A DNA stretch of 64,000 nt, taken from assembly GCA_963785305.1 (NCBI GenBank), contig CAWAUV010000008.1:1056001-1120000 (forward strand), given 5' to 3'. The position numbers and the translations under genes are program-made. Shown piece by piece: positions 46,888 to 58,992 of the stretch. The notes beneath the pieces are model-generated. The model saw only the letters and a list, made by a program, of their open reading frames with translations, was not told the DNA's origin and ran no database searches. Every line of letters starts with the position of its first letter. Position 1 is the first letter of the stretch. Origin of the DNA: an uncultured Planctomycetaceae bacterium. Its GTDB lineage: Bacteria > Planctomycetota > Planctomycetia > Pirellulales > PALSA-1355.

Positions 46888-47583
46888 ATGACGGAGTCGC
46901 TCGATCTGCTGTTTTCCGCGGAAGACTTTTCAGGCACGGCGCGCCTGTTTCCGCTGCCCGGCACGGTGCTATTCCCGCATGTAATGCAGCCGCTGCATAT
47001 TTTCGAGCCGCGCTACTGCGAAATGCTGCGAGACGCGCTCGCCGGTGATCGTCTGATCGCCATTGCCGGCCTGGAGCCCGGCTGGGAGCCCCACTACGAA
47101 GGCCGGCCGCCGGTCTATCCGATCGCCTGCTTGGCGAAAATCACCTCGCATCAGGCCCAACCCGACGACCGCCACAATGTGCTGCTGCTCGGCGTGCGGC
47201 GAGTGCGAATCGTGCGCGAGCTGCCGCCGGCGCGTTCATTTCGCGAGGCCGAAGTCGCGCTTGTCGACGATGAATATCCACCCACCGGCGCCGCCACCCG
47301 CGCGGCGCGACAACAATCGCTCGTCACGATTTTTCATCGCTTGACGCCAAATCTCGAAATGCCCGAGCCGCTCGAAAAATTGCTGGCCACCGACTTGCCC
47401 TTGGGCGCCCTGGCCGATCTGATGAGCTACGCGCTCGACCTGAGCCCGGCCTTCAAGCAGCAGCTTCTGGCGGAGGAAAACGTCGATCGTCGAGCCGCGC
47501 TGCTCATTGATTACTTCGAAAAAAACCCCGGAAGGGCCGTCGGCGATTCCTCGAATTTCCCGCCGAAATTCAGCGCCAATTAG
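46888..47583 (+). CDS. Lon peptidase substrate-binding (LON N) domain protein
   Basis: LFPLPGTVLFP..PLHIFEPRY motif. Confidence 0.92.
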   Translation: MTESLDLLFSAEDFSGTARLFPLPGTVLFPHVMQPLHIFEPRYCEMLRDALAGDRLIAIAGLEPGWEPHYEGRPPVYPIACLAKITSHQAQPDDRHNVLLLGVRRVRIVRELPPARSFREAEVALVDDEYPPTGAATRAARQQSLVTIFHRLTPNLEMPEPLEKLLATDLPLGALADLMSYALDLSPAFKQQLLAEENVDRRAALLIDYFEKNPGRAVGDSSNFPPKFSAN

Positions 47584-47646
47584 TGATTCGCCGCCAGCCG
47601 TTTTGTTTCTCGCTCCTTTCCCTTTTTGGCGCTCGAGATATTTCCG

Positions 47647-48318
47647 ATGACCGAGACCGAACCTTCGTCGGGCGATCGCGAGCCCGGCAGTATCGATGGC
47701 GAGCGGGAGCCGGCCCGCGGCGGCGCGCTTGACCCCAGCCACGGGCCGCGCATCGACGGGCCGCGCATCGAGCGCGCCGTGCGCGAGATTCTGGCCGCCG
47801 TGGGCGAAGACCCCGATCGCGAGGGCCTGCGAGAAACTCCGGCCCGCGTCGCGCGCATGTATGCCGAGCTCTTCAGTGGGCTGCATGAAGACCCTCGGCT
47901 GCATCTCCGAAAATTCTTCACCGAGGACTACGACGAGGTCGTGCTCGTGCGCGATATCAGTTTCAACAGCATGTGCGAACATCACATGCTCCCGTTCATG
48001 GGCCGGGCCCACATCGGCTATGTGCCGGGCGGGCGCGTGTTGGGGCTCAGCAAGCTGGCTCGCGTGGTCGAAGTGGTGGCTCGCCGCCCCCAAGTGCAAG
48101 AGCGAATGACCGAGACGATCGCCAACTTGCTCATGGACGAGCTCGCGGCCAAGGGCGTGGCGGTGGTAATCGAAGCGACCCACACCTGCATGACGATTCG
48201 CGGAGTTCGCAAGCCGGGCAGTTTGTGCGTAACATCGGCAATGAAAGGATTATTTCGATCGAACCTGTCGAGCCGCTCCGAGATCATGAACCTGATCTAC
48301 GGCGGCGGCCGTCCGTAG
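47647..48318 (+). CDS. folE: GTP cyclohydrolase I
   Basis: [22 protein letters not shown] and HTCM-x-IRG motifs. Confidence 0.97.
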   Translation: MTETEPSSGDREPGSIDGEREPARGGALDPSHGPRIDGPRIERAVREILAAVGEDPDREGLRETPARVARMYAELFSGLHEDPRLHLRKFFTEDYDEVVLVRDISFNSMCEHHMLPFMGRAHIGYVPGGRVLGLSKLARVVEVVARRPQVQERMTETIANLLMDELAAKGVAVVIEATHTCMTIRGVRKPGSLCVTSAMKGLFRSNLSSRSEIMNLIYGGGRP

Positions 48319-48345
48319 CAGCCTGTCGAAAAATGCCGTCGTGGC
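48316..48345. repeat. Isolated left end of the MITE-like family, overlapping the folE stop codon
   Basis: TAGCAGCCTGTCGAAAAATGCCGTCGTGGC resembles 1337-1366. Confidence 0.6.
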
Positions 48346-48815
48346 GCCCACTTCCGGACTCGGAGCGGATGAGATCGGAGCAAAACCCGGTGGGCCATAT
48401 CCGTTGGGGGGGGGCTTCTCCGCGGGCAATAATTTGCCTCCTCCAGCACGATTCGATTGCCAATCGCTGCTCGCGGGACCATGGAATTGCGAGATCTCGA
48501 TAATGGGTCGCCGCGAGGCCGCAATTCGTTTCCGGCGATCCAGGCGGCGGCTTGCGTTTCGAGGTCCCCACGGAGTAAGCTAGAAGGTGGGTCGATGGCG
48601 GCGTCGGAGGCCGTCGATGCCCTTTATTCGACCCGAGCGGCCGCGCCTCGCGCCGGGAAATTTCGCGGCCGCGCCGTGCCCAGTCGTTTCAGATCGCTTG
48701 AGAGGCGCCGCTCGCCCGAGATGTTGGCGCGAGGCGTAGCGTCGGTTCTTTTCGCCACACTTCGCGTCGATCCATTCTTCCGACCCCAAGAACTCCCGCT
48801 GAAGGGACAGGTTTC

Positions 48816-50637
48816 GTGAGCGCGGCCGATAATGCGGGAATGGGCCCTCGCCCCCTGCGGCCCATGGCGATGCCTCAACCGCTCGCGCTCGGCGCGCAGT
48901 CGGTGGCGGCGCGCCCCGTGCCGGTTCCAGCGCGCCCCGTGCCGGTTCCGGCGCGCCCCGTGCCGGTTCCGGCGCAGCCATCGCTCGCGCCTGCCCAAGC
49001 CGGCGCCGCGGGAGCGCGACCGTTGCTCGCGCCCAACCCGCAAGGCTTGGCCGAAGAAGAACTGCTCGAAGAACTCGACAAGATCGAGCAGTTTAAGGAA
49101 TGGTTTTGGGAAAAAGGCTGTTGGTACACGCTCAGCGGGCTCGGCCACGCGATTGTCGTTATCGGGCTGGCCCTCATTCCGCTCGCCATCAATTCCCAGC
49201 CACCCAAGCCGCAGTTCGAAGCGGTCGACAACCAACTCGCCGACCTCGATGCTTTCAAGATCGGTGATACGCCGATCGAACCGACCGAGCTCAATACCGA
49301 AACACTCCAGCTCGACCTGCCGACGCTCGAAGAAAAACATTTCGACGATTCCGAAGTGTTCGTCGACCAAGGCGGCGGCATGGCGGCCGATGGCCCGATG
49401 CTGGGCGGCCTGGGCGGACCCGACCTGAAAAGCATGGCCGATGGAGTGCGCGTTTCCGCGCTCGGCGGCTTGGGCGGGAGCAACGAACACGGAAATCACG
49501 CCGGGGTGGGCGGCGCCGGCGAAGGCTTTGCCGGCCGCGGCGAAGGCCACCGCGAAGCCATGCTCGGCGCCTATGGCGGCACGCGCAGCTCGGAGCGGGC
49601 CGTGGCCGGCGCCCTGAACTGGCTCGCCCGCCATCAAACCGCCTCGGGCGCCTGGAGCCTAGGCGAATTTTCCGACCGCTGCAAAGGCACGAAGTGCGAT
49701 GGCCGCGGCTATGTCAATTCCGACGCCGCCGCCACGGCGACTCGGAATTCTGCCATTCATGGCCGCCGGTCAGACCCAAGCTTCCGACGGCCCGTACAAA
49801 GCCCACATCGGCCGCGCCATTTCCTGGATGCTCAAAAACCAACAGGCCGATGGCAGCCTGGCAGCCGGCGCCGAGCAAGTCATGTACAGCCACGGGCTGG
49901 TGACGATCGCGCTATGCGAAAACTACGGGCTCACCAAGGACCCCAAGGTGGGCGCGGCGGCCCAATCGGCGATCAAGTTCGTGCAACTCGCGCAGAATCG
50001 CACCACCGGCGGCTGGCGTTATCGCCCCGGCGACGACGGCGACACCTCCGTCGTGGGCTGGCAAGTCATGGGGCTCAAAAGCGCGGTCATGGCCGGCTTG
50101 GCGGTCGATCCCGAGTGCTTCACCTTGGCCAAGAAGTTTCTCGGCACGGTGAAGAAGTCGGCCCGCGGTGGATTGTTCGCTTACATTCCGTTTCAAGACG
50201 CGACGCCCTCGATGTCGGCGGTCGGGCTTTTGTGCGACCAATATCTCGGGGCTCGCAAAGACGATTCTTCGATGCTCGAAGGCAAGGCCTATCTGCTCGC
50301 GAATCCTCCGACCGGCGGCCTCCGCGATATCTATTACTGGTACTATGCCACGCAGGTGCTCCACAATCTGCTTGGTCCGGAGTGGGACCGCTGGAACCGT
50401 CAGATGCGCCGCACCCTGATCGAGACCCAGGTGAAGGAAGGCTGCGCGGCCGGCAGTTGGGACCCGAATGTGCCGGAGCCCGACGCGCGAGGCGCCTATG
50501 GCGGCCGGATTATGATGACGAGCCTCTCGGCGTTGACGCTCGAAGTGTACTACCGCTATCTGCCGCTCTACAGCATCGACTCGGAAAAGCCAGGCAAGGG
50601 CCCCCCCGAAGCCAAGCCGGCCCAGTTCGGCAAGTGA
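48816..50637 (+). CDS. Prenyltransferase/squalene-oxidase-repeat protein, frameshifted near 49740
   Basis: ALNWLARHQ..GAW, MYSHG, GGWRY, DTSV-x-GW, YYWYY and LEVYYRYLP motifs. Confidence 0.88.
48909..48971 (+). repeat. Coding tandem repeat, 3 x 21 bp (ARPVPVP)
   Basis: GCGCGCCCCGTGCCGGTTCC(A/G) x3. Confidence 0.9.
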
Positions 50638-50650
50638 TGGCCGGCGTCGT

Positions 50651-50700
50651 CACCGCGTGCATGCGGGGGCACGGCCTGTTGAAAATTTCGACAGGCTGCT
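50651..50700. repeat. Right-end copy of the MITE-like family
   Basis: CACCGCGTGCATGCGG..GCCTGTTGAAAATTTCGACAGGCTGCT aligns with 1441-1490. Confidence 0.65.
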
Positions 50701-50740
50701 CTTGCTCGTTCACGGCTGAAATGATGGATAATTCGGTTTG

Positions 50741-50832
50741 CGCGTGTGCCATGCCCACTGCCTTGAGTGGGCATGTTTTCAAGCGCCCCGCGAAGTCCTC
50801 ATGCCCACGCAGGGCCGTGGGCATGACACGCG
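50741..50832. repeat. REP-like doublet (two CATGCCCAC..GTGGGCATG hairpins) between convergent genes
   Basis: Hairpins at 50750-50775 and 50800-50825 with inverted CGCGTGT/ACACGCG flanks. Confidence 0.7.
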
Positions 50833-50870
50833 GAACGAATCCAATCCATCATTGCAACTGTGACAAAGCA

Positions 50871-52241
50871 CTAGGCGACAATATCCTTCGCCACTTCGCC
50901 GGCCAGGTCCGTGAGGCGGATTTCTCGGCCGCTGTAGGGATAGGTGAGTCGGGTGTGGTCGAGGCCCAAGAGGTGCAACATCGTGGCGTGCAGGTCGTTG
51001 ATGTGCATTTTCTTTTCCACGGCGGCGATTCCGTGTTCGTCCGTCGCGCCGTGGCGATAGCCGCCGCGCACTCCGCCGCCAGCCATCCACATCGAATAGC
51101 CTTTGTTGTTGTGGTCGCGGCCGTCGCTGTTTTGCGCGGCGGGGGTGCGTCCGAATTCGCCGCCCCATACCACCAGCGTGTCGCGGAGCATGCCCCGCTG
51201 TTTTAGATCGGCCAAGAGCGCGGCGATCGGTTGGTCGATCGCATGGGCATTCGTCGTCAACTGGGTCTTGAGATTGTTGTGCTGATCCCAGCCGCCCATG
51301 CCGAGCTCGATAAACCGCACGCCCCGCTCGGCGAACCGCCGCGCGAGCAGGCATTGCCGGCCGAAGCGGTCGGTTCCCTTCGAGTCGATGCCGTAGGCCT
51401 CGAGCGTGGCCGGCGACTCGGAAGCGAGGTTCATGATTTCGGGCACGGCGCCTTCCATGCGAAACGCGAGTTCATACGACTCGATCACGCCCTCGAGCCC
51501 CGGGTTGACTTTGTCCTTGGCGAGCCGCTCGTGGTTCAGTTCGGCCAATAGGTCAAGCTGCTTGCGTTGCAGATGCGCCGAGAGCTTGGGGTTGCCGATA
51601 TCGGCCATGCGGCTTTTTCCGCCGCCGGTGTCGATTTTGGTGGCTTGAAACGAGGCGGGCAGAAAAGAACTGCCGTAGGTGTCGGCGCCACCGGCCGGAT
51701 TGATGGTGATGAAGCCGGGCAGTTCCGTGTTTTCGGTTCCCAGGCCATACACGGTCCAGGCGCCCATCGAAGGCCGAGGAAAGCGGAAGTTGCCGGTATG
51801 TAGTTGCACCGCGGCTTGCGGATGCACGGCGGCGTCGGTGTGCATGCTGTTGAGCAGGCAGAGGTCGTCGGCGTGTCGGGCCAAGTGGGGAAAAATCTCG
51901 GGCAACCACAAACCGCTCTGGCCGGCGCGGCTGAATTTGAAGGGCGACTTCAGCAGCTTGCGGCCTTTGCCGGCGGCGTCGACTGTTTTGCCATCGTCGG
52001 CTTGCAGCTTCGGTTTGTAGTCGAAGGTGTCGACATGCGATGGGGCGCCCTGCATGTAGAGAAAAATCACCCGCTTGGCTCGCGGGGTAAAATGCGGCGC
52101 CTTGGCGGCGAGCGGGTTCGCGGCCGCCTCGGCCACGGCGCGCGAACACAAATCGGCCAGCGCCAAAAATCCGAATCCGCAAGCGGCTCGCCGGAGCAAC
52201 TCGCGGCGCGAAGGAAAGCCGAGCTCGAAATGGTCGAACAT
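50871..52241 (-). CDS. DUF1501 domain protein (Tat-like signal)
   Basis: SRRELL, AKRVIFL, PSHVDTFDYKP, CLLARR, GWDQH, GEFGRTP and GRDH motifs. Confidence 0.95.
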   Translation of the reverse strand: MFDHFELGFPSRRELLRRAACGFGFLALADLCSRAVAEAAANPLAAKAPHFTPRAKRVIFLYMQGAPSHVDTFDYKPKLQADDGKTVDAAGKGRKLLKSPFKFSRAGQSGLWLPEIFPHLARHADDLCLLNSMHTDAAVHPQAAVQLHTGNFRFPRPSMGAWTVYGLGTENTELPGFITINPAGGADTYGSSFLPASFQATKIDTGGGKSRMADIGNPKLSAHLQRKQLDLLAELNHERLAKDKVNPGLEGVIESYELAFRMEGAVPEIMNLASESPATLEAYGIDSKGTDRFGRQCLLARRFAERGVRFIELGMGGWDQHNNLKTQLTTNAHAIDQPIAALLADLKQRGMLRDTLVVWGGEFGRTPAAQNSDGRDHNNKGYSMWMAGGGVRGGYRHGATDEHGIAAVEKKMHINDLHATMLHLLGLDHTRLTYPYSGREIRLTDLAGEVAKDIVA

Positions 52242-52327
52242 GGGTTCGCCTCCGATCTAATAGTCAGCTCGCAAAAAATTTCGGCGCGTGGTTTCCAAGG
52301 CAACCGGCTCGCCCCCATCGCCACGAC

Positions 52328-54845
52328 TCAATACACGTAGCGAAATTCGCCGGTCGCGAAGAGCGTTTGACAAAAACTGGTCCAGGCCGGCAACTGCGGC
52401 GATTTATGATCCACCTCCGCGAGTCCCCGCCGGTAGTCTTCGAGAAACCGGGTAACGCGGGCCAGTTCGCTGGCGCTCGGCGGGCGACCGAGCGCCAGCC
52501 GATAGGCAAGCGCGATCCGCGCCGGCGCCGCGAGCCCCTCTTGATTCAATACCCGACGGGCCATCGCTTCGGCCTGCCGCTCCACGAACGGATTGTTCAT
52601 CATATACAGCGCTTGCGTGGGAACCGTCGTCACATCGCGACGCCCCACGATCAAGCTCGGGTCGGCCAGATCAAATACGGCCAATGTCTCGGGCTCGGCC
52701 CCGCGCAGCACCGGCAGATAAACGCCCCGCGCATTATTGGTCGTGGGCAATTGCTTCGCCCTGCCTGGCCGATTCGATAGTTCCAGAATCGGCGAACCTT
52801 CGGGCCGCTTGAGATCGAGTTGTCCGCTGGCGGCGAGCATTGCGTCGCGAATCGCCTCGGCTTCGAGTCGTCGCGGCGGCATGCGCCACAGCCATTTGTC
52901 CGCGGGATCGAGCGCGGCGGCTTCTTCGCTATGCGTGCTGGCGAGCTGATAGGTGCGCGAGAGCACCATCGCGCGGATTAGTTTCTTGACGGACCAGTTG
53001 TCCGCCATGAACCGCACCGCCAGCGTGTCGAGCAGTTCCGGATGGCTCGGCTCATTGCCCATCGCGCCGAAATTATCCACGGTGTCGACGAGCCCCTGGC
53101 CAAACAGATGTTCCCACACGCGATTGACCATGACCCGCGCCGTGAGCGGGTTGTCGCGGCTGGCGATCCACCGCGCGAGCTCGAGCCGACCGCTATGCCC
53201 CGGGGGAATCGGCGCCGAGTGCGCGGTCTGGAGCACGCTTAGCATTCCGCGCGGAACCGGGTCGCCGGGCGTGTCGAGATTGCCGCGGACGAGCAGCTTG
53301 CAATCGCTGGGCGACTCGAAATCGATCACGCCCATCGCCAGCGAATGTGACACGTTCGGCACGCTTTCGAGTTCATCGAGCCGATTGTTCAGCTCCTTGA
53401 TTTCCTCGCGATTCGCCTTGCGATCCATTGGTCCGGTGGCGAACGGATTGGCGACCATGCCCTTGGGATTCTTGCCTTTCTTGGCCGCTTGGCGCGGCGC
53501 TTTACGCAACTCCTTGATTTGCGCTTCTAGCTTCGCGATCTCGGCCCGTCGCGTGGCTTCGGCCTTCACCTCTTCGGCCGATGGCTTTTCGGCGGGGGGC
53601 GTCGCCAGGGTAAGCAATCGGTCGTCGACCGCCGTCTTGCGGCCCGGGCCCACGCCGGAATAGGTGCTGGTGCTCTTGAAGATGCCGGCCAGCGCGTAGT
53701 AGTCGGTCGTGGGGATCGGGTCGAACTTGTGGTCGTGGCAGCGGGCACATGCGACGGTCATGCCCAAGAACGCGCGGCTCGTGACATCGATCTGATCATC
53801 GACCTGATCCATGCGAAATTGCTCGGGCTTTACATTCACGCCCTTGGGACCGATCGCCAAAAATCCAGTGGCGATTTCGAGCGTGTCGCGGCTCGCCGCG
53901 TCCTTGGCCGGAAGCAGATCGCCGGCCAACTGTTCGACGATAAACCGGTCGAACGGCTTGCCTTGATTGAAAGCGTCGATCACATAGTTGCGATACCGCC
54001 AAGCATAGCGATACGGAAGATTGCGATCCTTGCCGGCCGATTCGCCAAACCGCGCCACATCGAGCCAATGGCGCCCCCAGCGCTCGCCAAAGTGCGGCGA
54101 GGCCAGCAGCCGATTCACGAGCGATTCATAAGCGCCGGAAGAAGGGTCGCCGACAAACGCATCGACTTCCTCGGGCGAGGGCGGCAACCCGATGAGATCG
54201 AAGCTCAGGCGGCGGATGAGCGTGGCCCGATCGGCGTCGGCCACCGGCTTGAGCCCGGCCACATCGCGCTTTTCCGCGACGAAGCGATCGACCTCCCCGC
54301 GCGGCCACGATTCGTCGGCCACTTGCGGCGGGCGATGGGCCACGGGCAAGCGAAAGGCCCAATAGTTCTTCGCGTCGGCGAGCGCGACTTTGTTCTTCGG
54401 TTGAGCGCTCGAGCCGGAGCGAGGATCGGGCGCGCCGAACTCGACCCAGGTCACGAGATCGGCAATCGTTTCGTCGGGCAGCATTTCGCCCGGCGGCATT
54501 TCGAGGCCCTCGTGGCGCACGGCTTCGATGAGCAGGCTCGTGGCGGCGTGGCCCGGCGCCACTGCGGGTCCGGAGTCGCCGCCTTTGCGAATGCCATCGT
54601 GCGTGTCGAGCACCAGGTGGCCCTTGGCTTTGGCCGGGTCGCCCGAATGGCAGCGGTAGCAGTGATGCACGAGGACCGGCCGCACCTTGCTTTCGAAAAA
54701 AGCGGCGCCCTTGCGCGGCGCGAGCATCGCCCGTGGCCGCGCGGGCCGGAGCGGCGCTCGCGCCCAGCGCCACGAGCGCCAGCAAGACGCTCGCCCGCGC
54801 AACGCGCGCGGCGGATCGAATCCCGTGAAGTTTTCTTGGGAGCAT
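52328..54845 (-). CDS. Planctomycete cytochrome c / DUF1549 / DUF1553 (PSD1) protein, frameshifted near 54705
   Basis: FFESKVRPVL..CYRCH, GERWGRHWLD, CARCHDHKFDP, NPLTARV and QAL..MN motifs. Confidence 0.93.
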
Positions 54846-55341
54846 GCGTGAACCGATTTGGGATCGCGGAAACGTGGGGGCGCGAGTCGCGGCGCCATGT
54901 CGACTATCGTTTATGTCGATTATCGACCGGAAGCGCGTTCGCGACCAAGACAATGGCTCGACGGAATAGTCTACTATTCGCGGCGCCACTCTCCGACGCC
55001 GGCGGCCGGAGCGTGGCTGGCGGGAGCTGGCGAAAGCGCCCGCGCCACCCCCATGAAACCCCGCGACCGGCAAAACGTGTCGCCCTCGCGTCCGGTTTTG
55101 CCAATCCTGCGAAAAAGAAAAACCGGCAACTCTTGTCGCGCAAAGACTTTGGGCTAGCTCTCGCTCGCCGGAAAAAAATTGTGCCGGCGCCAGGCGCCCT
55201 AGGCCGCGTCGCGAGCGTCGCGTTGTTTGACCGCGCCGGTCATGCCGATTATATTCGCTTGACGCCGCCAGCGAGGCGCGTTCCCTCCTGGGGGGCATGA
55301 ACAGGCCCCGAAAACCCTCCCGCCCCCATAGCGGCGCCCCG

Positions 55342-56057
55342 ATGCGAACCGGCCGCGAACTTCGAGCCTTACGAGCAAGCTGCCCCCCGACCGGTCGTCG
55401 GGCCGTGGCCGCAGTGTCGATCGCCGGTTTGCTTGTGGCCGTGGTGGGCGTGCCGATGCCGGCGCCGGTGATCAAGCAGGTCGATCGCCCATTTCCGTGC
55501 ATGAGCCATGCCTGCGGCTGCCGCGACGCGGAGCATTGTTGGCGCGACTGCTGTTGCTTTACCAACGCCCAGAAATTGGCCTGGGCTCGGGAACACGACA
55601 TCGCGCCGCCCGCGTTTCTGCTGGCGGAAACCGACCACGCGCACGCCGACGAAGAACACGCCGACCACGAAGATGCGCATCACTGCGACCACGACGATCT
55701 CGCGAGCAACCGCGGCGCATGAAATTGTCGCGTCTGAAATCGTCTGGCCCGAAAAGCTTGCGCCGAAAAGGCCGCTCGCTCGGGCTGCTGCGAAACCAAA
55801 CATCGCGCGGCGGCTCGGCCCCGCGGTTCGCTTGCTCGCGAGCAAGCGACATCTTCGGGCGCCTCGCGGATTTTGGCCTCCGTGTATCGGCATTGCCATG
55901 GCTTGCCGCCGCTCTGGAGCGTGCTGGGCGCGGCCACGAGGCGCCGCCCGCGGTGCGCTATCATTTCAACTGGCTGGTGATCGACTGGTTGTCGAACCGA
56001 TCGGTCACGGCTCTCTCTTGCGCGGCCTCGCCGCCGACTCGGCCGCCGCTGGGCTAA
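55342..56057 (+). CDS. Cys/His-rich hypothetical protein ending PPTRPP, frameshifted
   Basis: Hydrophobic N-terminus; FPCMSHACGC....CWRDCCC; His/Asp tract; HCHG..W and a C-terminal PPTRPP in other frames. Confidence 0.65.
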
Positions 56058-56362
56058 ACGCGCCAAAGCGCGTCGTCGCGCGAGCGCCGCTTGCGAAACA
56101 GTCGACCGGTCCCGACCGGCGCGACTCGTTTGCCGATGGCTTCTCGCGCCGCCGACGCGCCGTTTCCCGGTGTTTCTTCCCGCCGCCGCGCCGCGAATTC
56201 GTGCGATTGTCTTGTCGCTGCTTGCCCAGGCATCGACCGGAACTAGGCCCGATTCGCCTTGCGCCGCGGCGCTTCAATGATGCGACTTCGCGCCGTTGAA
56301 CGATCGCGCGAAACGGAATGTCGCGCCTGGCGCCTTTTCCCATGCGAGGGGATTCTTCGGAC

Positions 56363-57271
56363 ATGCGACGAAATCATGGTTTTACGCTCGTCGAGTTGCT
56401 GGTCGTGATCGCGATCATCGGCGTGCTGGTCGCGCTGCTGCTGCCCGCTGTGCAAGCGGCGCGTGAAGCGGCGCGGCGAACCCAGTGCGAAAGCAATATG
56501 AAGCAGCTTGGCTTGGCGATCGCGAACTTCGCCGACGCCAATGGCGGCAACCTGCCGCCCACGAATTTCTATCGGCTCATGGGCGGCTTTCCCGTCGAGG
56601 GTAGCGGCTTCTACGCGATGATGCCGTTTTACGAAGAGCAGAACCTTTTCGAGATCTATACCCAGAATCGGCCCGACGGCGGTTACCTGGGCATTCAATA
56701 TGTTCCGCTCGCGGTGCAAACCTGTTCGTCCGATCCGACCCAATCCAATGGTCTGGCGATCATCGACGGCAAAACCGCCACCGGCAACTATTCGCTCAAC
56801 ACCGTGGTGTTCGGCGCCGGCGGCTCGTTCAATGTCGAGGGACAATCGTCGCCCTTCAAATACGGACGCATTCCCGACGGAACCAGCAAAACCATCGCGC
56901 TCACCGAATGCGGCGGTTCGTTCCCCTCGTTTCCCAATATCGACCCGCAATCGGGCACCAACGAAAGCATCATGAGCTGGCCGTATCCCTGCTATCCCAA
57001 CACGCTCGGCTGCTACTGGCCCACGCCCGACGAACTGCCGGGCCAACCGAATTTCATTCCCTATTCGTCGACCGCGGGCTACCCGCTGCCGCAAATCGGC
57101 ACGACGGCGATGCTCTCGAACCCGAACTATTGCCAGAGCTTTCATCCGGGAGCGATGAACTTGGCGATGATGGACGGCAGCGTGCGCGCGATCGGCGATG
57201 ACATCAGCCAGTTGAACTGGAACTACGCGCTCGATCCGAGCGACTCCCAACTGCTCGACGGCAACTGGTGA
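56363..57271 (+). CDS. DUF1559 protein with a prepilin-type N-terminal methylation motif
   Basis: [40 protein letters not shown] and HPG-x-MN..MDGSV motifs. Confidence 0.96.
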   Translation: MRRNHGFTLVELLVVIAIIGVLVALLLPAVQAAREAARRTQCESNMKQLGLAIANFADANGGNLPPTNFYRLMGGFPVEGSGFYAMMPFYEEQNLFEIYTQNRPDGGYLGIQYVPLAVQTCSSDPTQSNGLAIIDGKTATGNYSLNTVVFGAGGSFNVEGQSSPFKYGRIPDGTSKTIALTECGGSFPSFPNIDPQSGTNESIMSWPYPCYPNTLGCYWPTPDELPGQPNFIPYSSTAGYPLPQIGTTAMLSNPNYCQSFHPGAMNLAMMDGSVRAIGDDISQLNWNYALDPSDSQLLDGNW

Positions 57272-57502
57272 TTCGCACCCTGGGAGAGCAACTACGTCAA
57301 GCGAAATTTCCTTGCGTTTTGCCGCGGCGCAATGCTCATGATCGGCGCCTTGTGAGAAAATCGCGAGCTTGGTTGACCCTCGCGCGCTCTTGACGCACAA
57401 TAGCCTGCTTTGTCTGGCCAAGCGGAATCCGCCCGGAAAAACGGAGCGAAACCGTTTCCACCGCAAATTCAAAGGCACACCGAAAGGCACAACGAAACCT
57501 TG

Positions 57503-58992
57503 ATGATGCTCGAGTTCAAGAAACGTTTTCTCTTCGTCGGTTTCGGTTCCGTGGCCCAATGCACGTTGCCGATCTTGCTCAAACATATCAACGTCGCGCC
57601 GCAAAACATCACGGTGATCGACTTCGAGGACCGCGCGGCCGCGCTCCAGCCCTGGATCGAGCAAGGCGTGCGCTTCGAGCGGATTCGCATCGCGCCCGAA
57701 AATCTCGGCCGGGTACTGAGCAAGTTTCTCTCCGCGGGCGATGTGCTGATCGACTTGGCGTGGAATATCGACTGCTGCGAGATCGTGCAGTGGTGCCATG
57801 ATCGCGGCGTGTTGTATCTCAACACTTCGGTCGAAGTGTGGGATCCCTACGACCAGAGCCTCTACGCCCGGCCGGTGCAGCGCACTCTCTACTGGCGCCA
57901 CATGCGCATCCGCCGCATGCGCGATCGCTGGGCGCAGCAAGACCGCGGCAAGACCGGCGCCGGCAAAAGCGGCCCCACCGCCGTGCTCGAACATGGCGCC
58001 AATCCCGGCCTGATTTCCCACTTCACCAAACACGCCCTCCTCGAGATCGCCCAACGAGCGATCGACGAGAAAGCGATCGACGGGCCGACCATCGATCTCG
58101 CGCGGCAAGCGATGACCGATCGGGCCTTCAACCTTCTGGCGATGCACCTGGGAGTGAAGGTGATTCATTGCTCGGAGCGCGACACGCAGATCTCGAATCG
58201 CCCCAAGGAAGTCGACGAATTCGTGAACACCTGGAGCGTGGAAGGATTTCGCGAGGAAGGCACGACCACGGCCGAAATGGGCTGGGGCACGCACGAAAAA
58301 GACCTCCCGCCCCATGCCTTCGAACACGAAGACGGCCCGAGGAATCAAATCTGCCTCGCGAAGATGGGCCTCAACACCTGGGTCCGCTCATGGGTGCCCA
58401 ACCACACGATCCGCGGCATGGTGGTGCGACATGGCGAGGCGTTTACCATCTCCGACAAGCTCACGGTTTGGGAAGACGGCCGCGCCGCGTATCGCCCCAC
58501 GGTTCACTACGCCTATTGCCCCTGCGACGCCGCGATCGCCTCGCTCAATGAACTCCGCGGTTGCGATTACCAACTCCAATCGCGTGCCCGAATCATGGGC
58601 GATGAAATCACGAGCGGCTCCGATATTCTCGGGCGCTGGTGATGGGCCATGTTTTCGGCTCCTGGTGGACCGGCAGCGATCTGAGCATCGAGGAGTCGCG
58701 CCGGCTCGTGCCGCATCAAAACGCCACCACCGTGCAAGTCGCCATTTCGGTGGTGGCGGCCACGATGTGGATGATTCAAAATCCGGCTCGCGGCGTGTGT
58801 GTGCCCGACGATCTGCCGCACGAGACGATACTCGAAACCGCCCGACCCTACTTGGGCAATTTTATTTCAACCCCCTCGGACTGGACTCCGCTGAAGCACT
58901 ACGCCAACACATTCGACGGCCATGTGCGCGACGGGATCGATCGGAGCGATCCCTGGCAGTTCAAGAACTTTTTGGTCGGAGATCGCGACTGA
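57503..58992 (+). CDS. hss: Homospermidine synthase, frameshifted near 58632
   Basis: GFGSV, HGANPGLISHF, NTWSVEG, YRPTVHYAY, QNATTVQV and DPWQF motifs. Confidence 0.9.

Noticed and set aside
48816..51206. 796-aa ORF as a single protein
   Set aside because: The real protein shifts frame near 49740 and ends at 50637; the remainder is out-of-frame read-through over repeats and DUF1501.
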